Shown: one piece after another, positions 11,830 through 21,350 of the stretch
How positions within the stretch are numbered: the stretch's first letter is position 1
Layout of the letters: every line of letters begins with the position of its first letter
Assembly (NCBI GenBank): GCA_046597055.1
Contig: JBKJLC010000094.1
Location: forward strand, 1 to 62,707
Origin: Kofleriaceae bacterium
Lineage (GTDB): Bacteria; Myxococcota_A; Polyangia; Haliangiales; Haliangiaceae
Direction of reading: 5' to 3'
DNA length: 62,707 nt
Position numbers and translations under genes: made by a program
Notes under the pieces: generated by a model
The model's input: only the letters and a program-made list of their open reading frames with translations
Told to the model about the DNA's origin: nothing
Databases searched by the model: none

Positions 11830-12438
11830 CTACTTCGCGGCGCTCTCGGCGGCGCGCGCGGCGATCACCGACGGACGCGCGCCGACCCGCTCCTGGAACC
11901 CGGTCAGCGCCGGGAACGCGCCGAGGTCGACCTTCACGAAGCCGGCCCAGCTGGTGACGGTGAACAGGTACGCATCGGCGACCGTGAACTGCTCGCCGAA
12001 CAGGAACGGCCCGGTGGCCAGCGCCTGCTCGATCACCGCGTAGCGCTTGTGGAGATAGTCGATCTTCTCCTGGCGCACCTCGGGGGTGGTCTTCGGGTTG
12101 AAGAGCGGGCTGAAGGTCTTGTGCAGCTCGGAGTTGATGAAGCCGAGCATCTCCTGCTGGCGGTAGCGCGCCATCGTGGTGTTGGCGGCGGCCAGCCCCG
12201 AGCCGGGCTTGAGGTCGGCGAGATACTGGACGATCGCCGGGCCCTCGGTGAGGACCTCGCCGGTGTCGAGCTCGAGCGCGGGCACGTAGCCCTTGGGGTT
12301 GATGGCGAGGAAGTCGTCGCCGCTCTTGGTCTTCTTGGTGCCCATGTCGACCTTCTCGAGCGTGAGCGGGAGCCCGAGCTCGTGGGCGACGATGTGGGGA
12401 GAGAACGAGCAGGCGCCGGGAGAGAAGTAGAGCTTCAT
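11830..12438 (-). CDS. gstA: Glutathione S-transferase (beta class)
   Basis: MKLYFSPGACS, NPKGYVPAL, TEGPAIVQYLAD, SELHK, FTVADAYLF. Confidence 0.93.
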   Translation of the reverse strand: MKLYFSPGACSFSPHIVAHELGLPLTLEKVDMGTKKTKSGDDFLAINPKGYVPALELDTGEVLTEGPAIVQYLADLKPGSGLAAANTTMARYRQQEMLGFINSELHKTFSPLFNPKTTPEVRQEKIDYLHKRYAVIEQALATGPFLFGEQFTVADAYLFTVTSWAGFVKVDLGAFPALTGFQERVGARPSVIAARAAESAAK

Positions 12439-13517
12439 GAATCGTGACCTTTGGCTGGGAGATCGGTGACCAGCGCCGCCATCAGGGCAGGCGCGGTCCG
12501 GTGACGAAGGTTGGGAGCGATCTGGCCGCTCCACAAGGCGACCAGCTCGGTGTTGCCGGCGGCGCGGGCGGCCGGCGCCAGGTGCGACAGGAACCAGCTC
12601 TGGATCGGGAACGGCGGCAGCTCGGCGGCGAGCGCGGCCAGCTCCCGGGTCCAGCGGTTGGTGATGCCGCGGGCAAGCCGACCGGTGAAGGCGCGGGTCA
12701 GGGTGGTCGCCTCGGCGCGCGGGCTGAACAGGAGCTCGCGGTGGGCGGCGGTGGCCCCCGACTCCTCGCAGGCGAGGAACGCGGTGCCGAGCTGGGCAGC
12801 CTGGGCGCCCAGCGCCAGCGCCGCGCGGACGCCGCGACTGTCGGCGATGCCGCCGGCGGCGATCACCGGGGCCCGGACCCGGTCGGCGATCAACGGGGTC
12901 AGGGCCATGGTGCCGATCAGCGAGTCCTCGGCGCGGGCGAGGAACGACGGCCGGTGCCCGCCGGCGTCGGCGCCGGTGGCGACGATCAGATCGACCCGGG
13001 CCTCGTCGAGCGCGCGGGCTTCGGCGATCGAGGTGGCGGCGCCGACCGTGACGATCGCGCGGCGCCGGCACTCGGCCAGCACCGCCGGCGATGGCACGCC
13101 GAACACGAAGCTGAACACCGGCGGCGCGGCGGCGAGCAGCGCCTCGACCTGATCGTCGAAGCGCTGGCCATAGCGGGCCGGCATCGCGGGCCGGGCCACG
13201 CCGAGCTCGCGGAAGTAGGGCTCGAAGCGGGCGAACACGCGGTCGAACTCGGCCTCGGTGAGCGCGAGCCCGCCGGGATCGTGATCGGACACCCACAGGT
13301 TGAGCGCGAACGGCCGCGCGGTCAGCGCGCGCAGCTCGGCGGTGAGCGGGCCGAGCTGATCGGGCGCCAGGACGTGGGCCCCGTAAGAGCCGAGCCCGCC
13401 CAGGTTCGACACCGTCGCGGCCAGCGTCGCGGTCGACAACCCGCCGCCGAACGGGCCCTGGACGATCGGATGGGTGATGCCCAGGCGCTGGGTGGCCTCG
13501 GTAGCGGCGCCGGTCAT
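12435..13517 (-). CDS. Nitronate monooxygenase family protein
   Basis: HPIVQGPFGGG, AGGHR, IAAGGIAD, QLGTAFL, TRAFTGRLARG, LWSGQ. Confidence 0.9.
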   Translation of the reverse strand: MTGAATEATQRLGITHPIVQGPFGGGLSTATLAATVSNLGGLGSYGAHVLAPDQLGPLTAELRALTARPFALNLWVSDHDPGGLALTEAEFDRVFARFEPYFRELGVARPAMPARYGQRFDDQVEALLAAAPPVFSFVFGVPSPAVLAECRRRAIVTVGAATSIAEARALDEARVDLIVATGADAGGHRPSFLARAEDSLIGTMALTPLIADRVRAPVIAAGGIADSRGVRAALALGAQAAQLGTAFLACEESGATAAHRELLFSPRAEATTLTRAFTGRLARGITNRWTRELAALAAELPPFPIQSWFLSHLAPAARAAGNTELVALWSGQIAPNLRHRTAPALMAALVTDLPAKGHDS

Positions 13518-13555
13518 GGCCGCCACCCTAGCAGGCCAATTACTGATAGATACCT

Positions 13556-13599
13556 GGTAACCGGCAGATACTGTCGATCGTGGTATCCCTGTGGTTACC
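13556..13599. promoter_or_regulatory. Candidate operator (imperfect inverted repeat) in the divergent NMO/HxlR intergenic region
   Basis: GGTAACC-N4-GATAC (13556-13571) versus GTATC-N5-GGTTACC (13583-13599). Confidence 0.45.
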
Positions 13600-13616
13600 T
13601 GAAAGTGGAGGTCGCG

Positions 13617-13976
13617 ATGGCGCTACGGGTCCGCAAGAGCAAGGTGAGCGAGCCGCCGGGCGCGTGCCCGCTCACCACCTGCATGACGCTCCTGTCCGGC
13701 GCGTGGGCGCCCAACGTGATCTGGTACCTGAGCGGCGGGCCCCGTCGGTTCGGCGAGCTGCGCGCCGACATCCCGCGGGTGTCGGCGCGGGTGCTGAGCG
13801 CGCGCCTGCGCGAGCTGCAGGCCAGCGAGGTGATCACCCGCCGGGTGGTCGCGACCTCGCCGCCATCGGCCGAGTACGAGCTGACCGACCTCGGCCGTGA
13901 GCTGCTGCCCGCGCTCGAGGCGATCGCGCGGGTCGGCGCCAAGCTCAAGCGCCGGGCCGCCCGCCAGCGGGCCTAG
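13617..13976 (+). CDS. HxlR-family winged-helix transcriptional regulator
   Basis: CPL...GAW...GPRRFGEL...VLSARLREL...EYELTDLGREL; GGAGG RBS. Confidence 0.92.
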   Translation: MALRVRKSKVSEPPGACPLTTCMTLLSGAWAPNVIWYLSGGPRRFGELRADIPRVSARVLSARLRELQASEVITRRVVATSPPSAEYELTDLGRELLPALEAIARVGAKLKRRAARQRA

Positions 13977-14025
13977 CTGAACCATGGGCGCCGGTGCTAA
14001 CACGACCGGCGCCAGCGGGCAGGCG

Positions 14026-17000
14026 CTAGCCGCGCCGGCCCTGGCGGCGAGCTCGCCGGCGCCGCATCAGCACCAGCAGCGGCAGGCCGGCCAGCAAGAT
14101 CTGCCCGAGGCCCGCGCCGCTGTCGCCGGTGCGACAGCCGCAGCCACCGCCACCTTCGCCATCGGTCGGCGCGAGCTGGACGAACACGGAGACCGTGGCC
14201 GGCGGGCTGGCGACCGCATCGGCGTTCGTCACCACCAGCTGGAACGTCAGCACCGTATCGGCTGCTACGGCCGGCGCCGTGAACGTCGGCGTCGCCGTGG
14301 TCGCCTCGCGCAGCTCGACCGTCGGGCCCGCCGTCTGCGTCCACTGGTGAGTCAGCGCGCGCCCGTCGGGATCACGGCTGTTGCTGCCATCGAGCCTGAC
14401 GCTCTGGCCCGGCGCCGTGATGATCGCGACGCCGGCGTCCGCTGTCGGCAGGCGCAGCGCGCGCTGGACCGTGATGGTGACCGTCGCCGCCGCGCTGGCC
14501 AGCCCGGACGCGTCGGTCACGACCAGGCTGAACTCGAACGGCGTGGCGGTGGTCACCGCCGGTGCCACGAACGTCGGCGTCGCGCTGGTCGCGTCGCTCA
14601 GCGTGATGCCGGCGGGCGCGGTCCAGGCCCAGGCGAAGTGGGTCTCGGCATCGGGGTCGACGGCCGAGCCGCGCAGCGCCACCAGATCACCCGAGCGGAC
14701 CGTGGCCGCGCTGCCAGCGCTGGCCACCGGCGCACGGTTCACGTTGGTGACCGTGATCGCCACCGTCGCCGGCGCGCTGGCCGCACGCGACGCATCCTCG
14801 ACCACGAGCGTGAACGTGTACGTCGTGGGGCCGGTGACGTCGGGCGCGGTGAAGGTCGGCGCCGCGGCCGTGGTGCTGCTCAGGGTCACGCCCACCGGCG
14901 CCGTCCACAGGTAGGTGAGCGGTGCGTCGCCGTCCGGATCGGTGCCGGCTCCGGCCAGCGTGACCAGGGTGCGCTCGACCACCGTCTGCACCGGGCCGGC
15001 CGCCGCGACCGGTGGCCGGTTCGCGTTGCTCACACGGACGGTCATCGTCGCGGCGACGCTCGCGGCCAGGCCGTCGTCCACGATCAGCTGGAAGCCGAGG
15101 TCGGTGCCAGCCGCCGTGACCTCGGGCGTGGTGAAGGTCGGGCGCGCCGCGGTCGCCGACGACAGCGTCACCGGCGTGCCCGCCGTCTGGCTCCACTCGT
15201 AGGTGAGCGTGTCGTCGCTGTCGGGATCCGCGCTGGTGCTGCCATCGAGCGTCGCCAGCGTGCGCTCGGCCACCGCCTGGGCGGGGCCGGCCTGGGCGAC
15301 CGGCACGCGGTTGACGTTGGTGACGGTCACGGTGGCGGTCGACGCCACGCTCGTCGCGGCGCCGTCACTGGCCACGACCGCGAAGGTCAACACGGCGCCG
15401 GCGCGCGGCACCGCGGGTGCGGTGAAGGTCGGCTGGCGGGCGGTGGCGTCGCTCAAGGTGACCGGTGGACCACCGGTCTGCGTCCACGCGTAGGTGAGCG
15501 CACTGCCTTCGGGGTCGAGGCTGGCCGAGGCGTCGAGCGTCACGGTGACCGGGCCGAGCTCCGGGCTGGGCGTGAGCTCGGCGACGGTCTGGCTGACACC
15601 GGCGCTCGCCACCGGGGCCTGGTTCACGTCGCTCAGGGTGACCGTGATGGCCGACGCCGCGCTCGACGCCAGGCCGTCGTTGACCACGAGCCGGAACGTC
15701 AGGGCGGTGCTGGCGGCGACATCGGGGGCCGTGAACGTCGGCTGGCGCGCCGTGGTCGACGACAGGGTCACGACCGGCCCGGCCGTCTGCGACCACAGGT
15801 AGGTGATCGTGTCGTCGGCATCGGGGTCGGTGCTGCCGCCACCGTCGAGCGTGATGACGGTGCGCTCGGCGACGAGCTGGGCGGCACCCGCATTGGCCAC
15901 CGGCGGGCGATTGACGTTGGTGATGCTGATTCCGACGAACACCGGCGCGCTGGCGACGGTTCCGTCGAAGACGTTCAACTGGAAGACCAGCTGCGCCGGG
16001 CTGGCCGCGCGCGCCACCAGGGGCGCGGTGAACGTAGGCTGGCGGGCCGTGACGTCGCTCAGGGTGACCGGCGGACCGCTGGTCTGCCGCCACTGGAAGG
16101 TCATCGGATGGCCATCGGCGTCGAAGCTGGCCGAGCCATCGAGCGTGACCGTCACCGGCGCGAACGCCGGCGCCGGCGTGAGCTCGTCGACGGCGCGCGA
16201 CAGGCCGGCGTTGGCGACCGGCGCGTTGTTGCAGGTCGCCGGCTGTCCGATCATGAGGTCGAACGGCGGGGCCGACACGCCGGCCACCTGGATGTCATCG
16301 ACATCCCATCCCGGCGAGCTGGTGCCGGCGTCGGACGCGACCCGGAACCGCAGCTTCACCCGCCGGCCCGCGTAGGCCAGACCCAGATCGAGCGTCCGCG
16401 AGCTGTACGCCGGATAGTCCGTGCTCTGGTTGACGTAGGCCGCGCGTCCGCCGAGCGGATTGGCCGACGCGGTGCCGAGCGCGCCGTTGTAGCCGGCGGC
16501 GGCGCCGACGTCGGTCCAGGTGGCGCCACCGTCGCTGCTGAGCTCGATCACGCCGCCGTCGAACACCGGCGACTCGAACGAGTAGCGATGGCGGAAGCTG
16601 ACCACGAACGGCTGCTCCGGCAGGACGTACATGGCCGGCGAGACCAGGTCCGACGTCCCCGCCTGCGTCGCGCTCGCGCCCGACCAGCGATGGTTGTTGG
16701 GCGCCAGGGTCACGCGCTGCCAGATCTCCGTCACACCCATCGTGGCCGGGCTGTTGACCACCTGCCAGGCGGTGGCCGGCGTCTCGACGGTATCGAGGTA
16801 CGAGGCGTTCCCGACCACGTCGTAGTTGCCGAGGAGGGAGAGGGTCACCGGCGCCGGCGCGCCGCCGCCGAGGTCAGGGACCGTGATCGTGACGTCGAAC
16901 AGCGTGGCCACCGGAGCCAGACCATTCATCGCGATCGGGAGGCTGGCGGACACCGTCTGGAACTGCCCGGCGGCCGGCAGCGTGAGGGTCGCGCCGTCCG

Positions 17001-19743
17001 GGAAGGTGATGCCCGCCGTCGCGCTGCTCACGGTGACCGCGGTGGACGCGAGCGCGGCATTGCCGACGTTGCGGAACGAAACGGTCAGCGTGCCGATCTC
17101 GCCGTTGTCGAGGACGCCGTCGGCGTTGCAGACCGGCGCGACGTCATCGGTCACGATTGCGGTCGTGGGGACGATGGCGGCGCCGACGTTGAAGTCCTCG
17201 ACGACCGGCATGTTGGTGGCGCTGTTGCGGTCGGGCGCGACGGCGTAGACACCGGCGCCGCGCTTGGCAAAGGCGCGGGTGAACGCGGTGTAGTCGGTGA
17301 GATCGCTGGCGAGGGCGACGGCGAGGAAGGCGTCGCGCGCCTCGAGCAGCGTCGGGTTGGCCGGGGTCAGCTTGTAGCTGGCCACCAGGTAGTCGCGAAA
17401 GCGGTCACGGGCCTGGTCGAACGTCAGGCGGGCGCCGGCGCCCTGGGTATCGCGCAGGAGCGCGGCGTAGCACTCCCACAACATCGTGGCCCACACCTCG
17501 CCGGTGTTGTGCACCTGCGCGTTGGGCGCGGCGCCGCCGTTGATCGGTGGCCCCACCGGCAGCGGGTTGCCGTCGCCGATGTGCTTGAAGGTCAGGGGAT
17601 TCTTGGTCATATCCGTCGAGTACGGATAGCGGCGGATGCCGTAGTAATAGGGATTGCCGCGCGCGCTGGTGGCCCCGGAGTAGCCCGCCACCGCGTAGAC
17701 CCCGTTGAACGTCGCGTTCGTCGGCTCGAGGTCGTCGCCGCGCCGCACCATCATGAGCAGGGCGTGGGTGTCGGCCCAGCCTTCACCGAGGCCGCGCGCC
17801 ATGGTGCTACCCAGGCCGTTGGCATTGAAGACGAGGCGATTCGAGATGTAGTGGCCCCACTCGTGGGCCATGACCTGGCTGTCGAGGTCACCGTCGCGAA
17901 GCGTGGACGTGCGCGCCATGCCACCCACCACCGGCCCAGCGGCGATCGCGTCGCGCAGCGTGGTGCCATCGGCGAGGTTGACCGACATCGCCGGGATCGT
18001 CGGCGGCGGCGGCCCGGTGAGGGTCATGCCGGGCGCCACGGTCGGATTTGCCGAGGTGGCGACGTTGGCGATGATCACGCCGGCAGCGCCCGCGTTCTGC
18101 GCGAACTGCGCCTTCACGCTGAAGCCACAGGTGCCGCGATCGACGACCACGATCATCCCGGTAAAGGTCCCGGTCAGCGCCGCGCAGGCGTCGTTCGGGA
18201 CGGCGCGGACGAACGGGGTGCCGTCCGGAATGTTGTAGTTGGTGCTGCCCCAGGCCGAGGGCAGCCCGACGTTGGTGAACGTGGCCGCGGTCGGCGCGCT
18301 CATCGTCAGCCTGGCCGTGCCGAAATCCCACAGGAACATCTGCATGCGCGGCCGGGCGCCGTCCGCCGGTGTGCTCATGTTGGCGTTGTTCTTGCCACTG
18401 ACGTCCTGAGCCTCACCGCGGATCGGGTCGCCCTGTACGCCACCGCGGCCGTAGTTCGAGCTCTGGGCGTTGCCGGACCGCTCGTCGAACCCGGCCACGT
18501 AGTACCAGTCGTGCCAGAAGTTGATGTTGTAGAAGAGCTGGGTGATGGCGGCCTTCTGCTGGTCGACGCTGGACGCCGGGGCCTGGGTCAGATCGAAGAT
18601 CCGGTCGAACGTGTCGGCCGTGGTGATGTTGGCGCGGAAGTCCGAGCCCGGCGTGAAACCGTCCGGGTTGGTGATGTCGGCGTAGGCGTCGACGTTGTTG
18701 CCGAGCGTCTCGGTGGCGCCGACCGGCAGCCAGTCGTCGTGGACCCCGATCCCCGTCAGGCTCGACAGCGTCACCAGCGCGGACGGCACGAAGTCCGGGT
18801 TGTAGTTGTTGGGGGACGCGCCGGGCAGCGGTGTGGTGGCGTTGCCCTGGGGGCCGTCGAACGGGACCGGCAGCTCGCCGGGCGTCGAGTCGGCCCACAC
18901 GCGGTAGGTGACCGGGTGCGCGTGCGCGGTCAGATCGTTCTTGAAGAGGATCGTGCCGTCCGTGGCCGAGACGACATACCCGAAGTACTGGGGTGTTCCC
19001 GCCGCGTCGTGGCCGTGATCGACCTCCAGGTAGTAGGCATCCACGAGCTTGTGATCGTCGGTGCGAAACCAGGTCTTCTTCACGCGCACCGGACTGCTGG
19101 CCGCGCTGGTGGCGATCTCCTGATAGCCGCCCTCGCTCGGACGCGGTGCCGCCATGGCCGCCGTGTCGACGGCGGTGCCGCCCAGGTCGCCGATCGCGGC
19201 CGCCGCCGCGGCGGCCATCGACAGCGTGAACCCGCCGCGGCCGGCCGTGCCGGTGGCGGACTTCATCAGTGCGGGAGCATCGCCGGTCACGAAGCCGGTG
19301 AGCGCGATCGCCTCGTGCTTGCGATCCATCGCGACCGACACCACCTCGTTCCACACCTCGACGTCGCCGATGCGGCGAGCGAAGCGTGCGACGATCGGAC
19401 CGCGCCCGGTGTCGTGCAGATCGCGCAGCTCGAGGCTGTCGACCTCCTTCGGCGGCAGGCGATAAAGCGGCGCATAGGCGCGCAGATGGGTGCGCGCGGC
19501 GTCGGTGGCGCTGGCGCTCGCGAGGTTGGCGACCGTCCCCTTGCGCGAGGGATCGGCCCACACGAACGACGGCACGCCGGCCCGCTCGTCCGTCGACGCC
19601 ACGTGAGGCGACGGTGGCGGCGGCGTCGCCGCCGACGGCGGGGGCCCGTCGGGGACGGTCGGCTGATCCGACGAGCAGCTTGGTACTCCGAGCAGGAGCA
19701 CAGAAACTGCGATTGGAATCCCGCGCAGGGCCAGCCTGTCCAT
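14026..19743 (-). CDS. M36 (fungalysin) metallopeptidase with PA domain, 7 PKD/Ig-like repeats and MYXO-CTERM anchor
   Basis: GNNVDAY, NNANMSTPADG, VDRGTCGF, AHEWGHYISNRL, GEGWAD, HNTGEVW; repeated NxxPVAxAG; GGGGCGC-TM-RRRR tail. Confidence 0.93.
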   Translation of the reverse strand: MDRLALRGIPIAVSVLLLGVPSCSSDQPTVPDGPPPSAATPPPPSPHVASTDERAGVPSFVWADPSRKGTVANLASASATDAARTHLRAYAPLYRLPPKEVDSLELRDLHDTGRGPIVARFARRIGDVEVWNEVVSVAMDRKHEAIALTGFVTGDAPALMKSATGTAGRGGFTLSMAAAAAAAIGDLGGTAVDTAAMAAPRPSEGGYQEIATSAASSPVRVKKTWFRTDDHKLVDAYYLEVDHGHDAAGTPQYFGYVVSATDGTILFKNDLTAHAHPVTYRVWADSTPGELPVPFDGPQGNATTPLPGASPNNYNPDFVPSALVTLSSLTGIGVHDDWLPVGATETLGNNVDAYADITNPDGFTPGSDFRANITTADTFDRIFDLTQAPASSVDQQKAAITQLFYNINFWHDWYYVAGFDERSGNAQSSNYGRGGVQGDPIRGEAQDVSGKNNANMSTPADGARPRMQMFLWDFGTARLTMSAPTAATFTNVGLPSAWGSTNYNIPDGTPFVRAVPNDACAALTGTFTGMIVVVDRGTCGFSVKAQFAQNAGAAGVIIANVATSANPTVAPGMTLTGPPPPTIPAMSVNLADGTTLRDAIAAGPVVGGMARTSTLRDGDLDSQVMAHEWGHYISNRLVFNANGLGSTMARGLGEGWADTHALLMMVRRGDDLEPTNATFNGVYAVAGYSGATSARGNPYYYGIRRYPYSTDMTKNPLTFKHIGDGNPLPVGPPINGGAAPNAQVHNTGEVWATMLWECYAALLRDTQGAGARLTFDQARDRFRDYLVASYKLTPANPTLLEARDAFLAVALASDLTDYTAFTRAFAKRGAGVYAVAPDRNSATNMPVVEDFNVGAAIVPTTAIVTDDVAPVCNADGVLDNGEIGTLTVSFRNVGNAALASTAVTVSSATAGITFPDGATLTLPAAGQFQTVSASLPIAMNGLAPVATLFDVTITVPDLGGGAPAPVTLSLLGNYDVVGNASYLDTVETPATAWQVVNSPATMGVTEIWQRVTLAPNNHRWSGASATQAGTSDLVSPAMYVLPEQPFVVSFRHRYSFESPVFDGGVIELSSDGGATWTDVGAAAGYNGALGTASANPLGGRAAYVNQSTDYPAYSSRTLDLGLAYAGRRVKLRFRVASDAGTSSPGWDVDDIQVAGVSAPPFDLMIGQPATCNNAPVANAGLSRAVDELTPAPAFAPVTVTLDGSASFDADGHPMTFQWRQTSGPPVTLSDVTARQPTFTAPLVARAASPAQLVFQLNVFDGTVASAPVFVGISITNVNRPPVANAGAAQLVAERTVITLDGGGSTDPDADDTITYLWSQTAGPVVTLSSTTARQPTFTAPDVAASTALTFRLVVNDGLASSAASAITVTLSDVNQAPVASAGVSQTVAELTPSPELGPVTVTLDASASLDPEGSALTYAWTQTGGPPVTLSDATARQPTFTAPAVPRAGAVLTFAVVASDGAATSVASTATVTVTNVNRVPVAQAGPAQAVAERTLATLDGSTSADPDSDDTLTYEWSQTAGTPVTLSSATAARPTFTTPEVTAAGTDLGFQLIVDDGLAASVAATMTVRVSNANRPPVAAAGPVQTVVERTLVTLAGAGTDPDGDAPLTYLWTAPVGVTLSSTTAAAPTFTAPDVTGPTTYTFTLVVEDASRAASAPATVAITVTNVNRAPVASAGSAATVRSGDLVALRGSAVDPDAETHFAWAWTAPAGITLSDATSATPTFVAPAVTTATPFEFSLVVTDASGLASAAATVTITVQRALRLPTADAGVAIITAPGQSVRLDGSNSRDPDGRALTHQWTQTAGPTVELREATTATPTFTAPAVAADTVLTFQLVVTNADAVASPPATVSVFVQLAPTDGEGGGGCGCRTGDSGAGLGQILLAGLPLLVLMRRRRARRQGRRG

Positions 19744-19878
19744 TGGGCGCGCACGCTATCATGCGGTGCGCGCGATCCCACGAGGTCGGGGCCCGACGTT
19801 CGCGCGCGCAGCTGCTGCGCTGTCCAGCAGCCTCCGCCGTGAGCGCCATGCGCCGCGGCGGTTCGGGTGGACGCTGCT

Positions 19879-21300
19879 TCAGCCGCCCAGGCGCGCCATC
19901 AGCTGCCGCGCGGCGGGCGAGCCGGGATCGACGGCGAGCGCCTCGCGGAGGTGCCAGCGGGCCGACTCGTGATCGCGATCGGCGACGCACAGCAGGCCGA
20001 GCGCGAGCAGCGCCCGCGGCCACGGCCGCATGCCGAGGGTGGCGCGCTCGGCGATGGCGCGCTCGCGGCGCGCGACCTCGGCGGGCTCCTTGCCACCCGC
20101 GGTCTCGACCCGGTAGCGGGTCCAGGCCAGCCCGGCCTCGTAGTCGGGGTGACCGGGGTGATGGCGGGCCGCCATCGCCATCTCGGAGAACGCGCGGTGG
20201 ACGTCGCCGCCGGTCAGCGCCTGCTGGGCCCGGCCATAGGCGTCGGCCGCGGCCTGGGCCGAGGTGCCTTCGATCGCCCAGCTGGTTCGCAGCTCGGACC
20301 ACTTGCTGCGCAGCCAGTCGTTGTAGCGACCGCGGGCGGCGATGTCGGACAGCACCTTGCGGGCCCGCTCGATCTGATCCCACGCCGGCTGGGCCAGCGT
20401 GGTGACGTCGCCGAGATCCATGCGGGCGGTGCGGGCCGGCCCGTAGCGCCACTCGAGGATGCGGAAGGCGGTGTCGAGGTCGGGCTCCTCGGCGAGCGTG
20501 GTCACCTCGAGGACGTCGTAGAAGGTGGCGCGGGTGAGCCGCTCGGCGCGCACGCGGAGGTGCGCGCGCAGCTCGGTGAGCGCGCGGCGAGCTGGGGTCG
20601 CCAGGTCGGGCGGCTCGGCGGTCAGGGTCACCGCGCCGACCGAGGCCAGCACCCAGATCAGGCGGGCCGCGCCGTAGCTGTCGAGCGGACCTTGCCGCAC
20701 CACCGCCTGCACCGTGGTGGCGCCGGTCATGTGCGCGACGTGCTCGATCTCGGGGACGATCAGCGCGCGCGCCTCGCGCAGCTCGTCGATCCCCGCGGTG
20801 GCCCCGACGTAGTGCTGCGCGTACCAGCGCAGCGCCGCGCGGGCGAGCTCGACGTCGAGCCCGCGGGCGGCCGCGACGATCGCGGCCGGGCTCGCGGTCC
20901 GTGGCAGGCCGAGCGCGCGCCGGGCCAGCCCGGCGGTCAGCGCGACCGTGAAGCGCAGGCGGGCGGCATCGGCGAGCGCGCGGTCGAGCACCGCGGGCGC
21001 CGCGGTCGACGGCACCAAGGTGACCCGGGCCGCGGCCGCGCCGGTCGCGGCCTCGGCGTTCAGGGAAAGCGCGACCACGCCGGGCGCGGGGTCGAGCGCG
21101 CGCCACGCGGCGGCCAGCTCGCCGAGCGCGGCCGCGCCGCCGTCGCCATCGAGGATCACCGCGTCGGGGGGATCGCCGAGGTCGGCGGTGGGTCCGCGCG
21201 CAGCCGCCGGCAGCCAGCGCACCTCGTGCCCGAGGCCCTCGAGGGCCTCCTGCAGCGGGATGCCGAGCCCGACGTCGGCGAAGGCGAGCAGGACGCGAAT
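19879..21300 (-). CDS. Receiver-like / DnaJ-like / TPR multidomain protein (start codon atypical)
   Basis: (I/M)RVLL...GHEVRW...PDAVILD; TFYDVLEV...WRYGP...ARKVLSD..RGRY degenerate J domain; TPR-like C-terminus. Confidence 0.7.
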   Translation of the reverse strand: MRVLLAFADVGLGIPLQEALEGLGHEVRWLPAAARGPTADLGDPPDAVILDGDGGAAALGELAAAWRALDPAPGVVALSLNAEAATGAAAARVTLVPSTAAPAVLDRALADAARLRFTVALTAGLARRALGLPRTASPAAIVAAARGLDVELARAALRWYAQHYVGATAGIDELREARALIVPEIEHVAHMTGATTVQAVVRQGPLDSYGAARLIWVLASVGAVTLTAEPPDLATPARRALTELRAHLRVRAERLTRATFYDVLEVTTLAEEPDLDTAFRILEWRYGPARTARMDLGDVTTLAQPAWDQIERARKVLSDIAARGRYNDWLRSKWSELRTSWAIEGTSAQAAADAYGRAQQALTGGDVHRAFSEMAMAARHHPGHPDYEAGLAWTRYRVETAGGKEPAEVARRERAIAERATLGMRPWPRALLALGLLCVADRDHESARWHLREALAVDPGSPAARQLMARLGG

Positions 21301-21350
21301 GGCCGATCGTACCAGAGAAGAAAGTCGGCCCGCGTGGCCCGGGCGCCTGG

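Noticed and set aside
13984..19842. 1952-aa ORF on the + strand
   Set aside because: Antisense shadow of the M36 peptidase; Arg/Gly-rich with no motifs, typical of high-GC DNA
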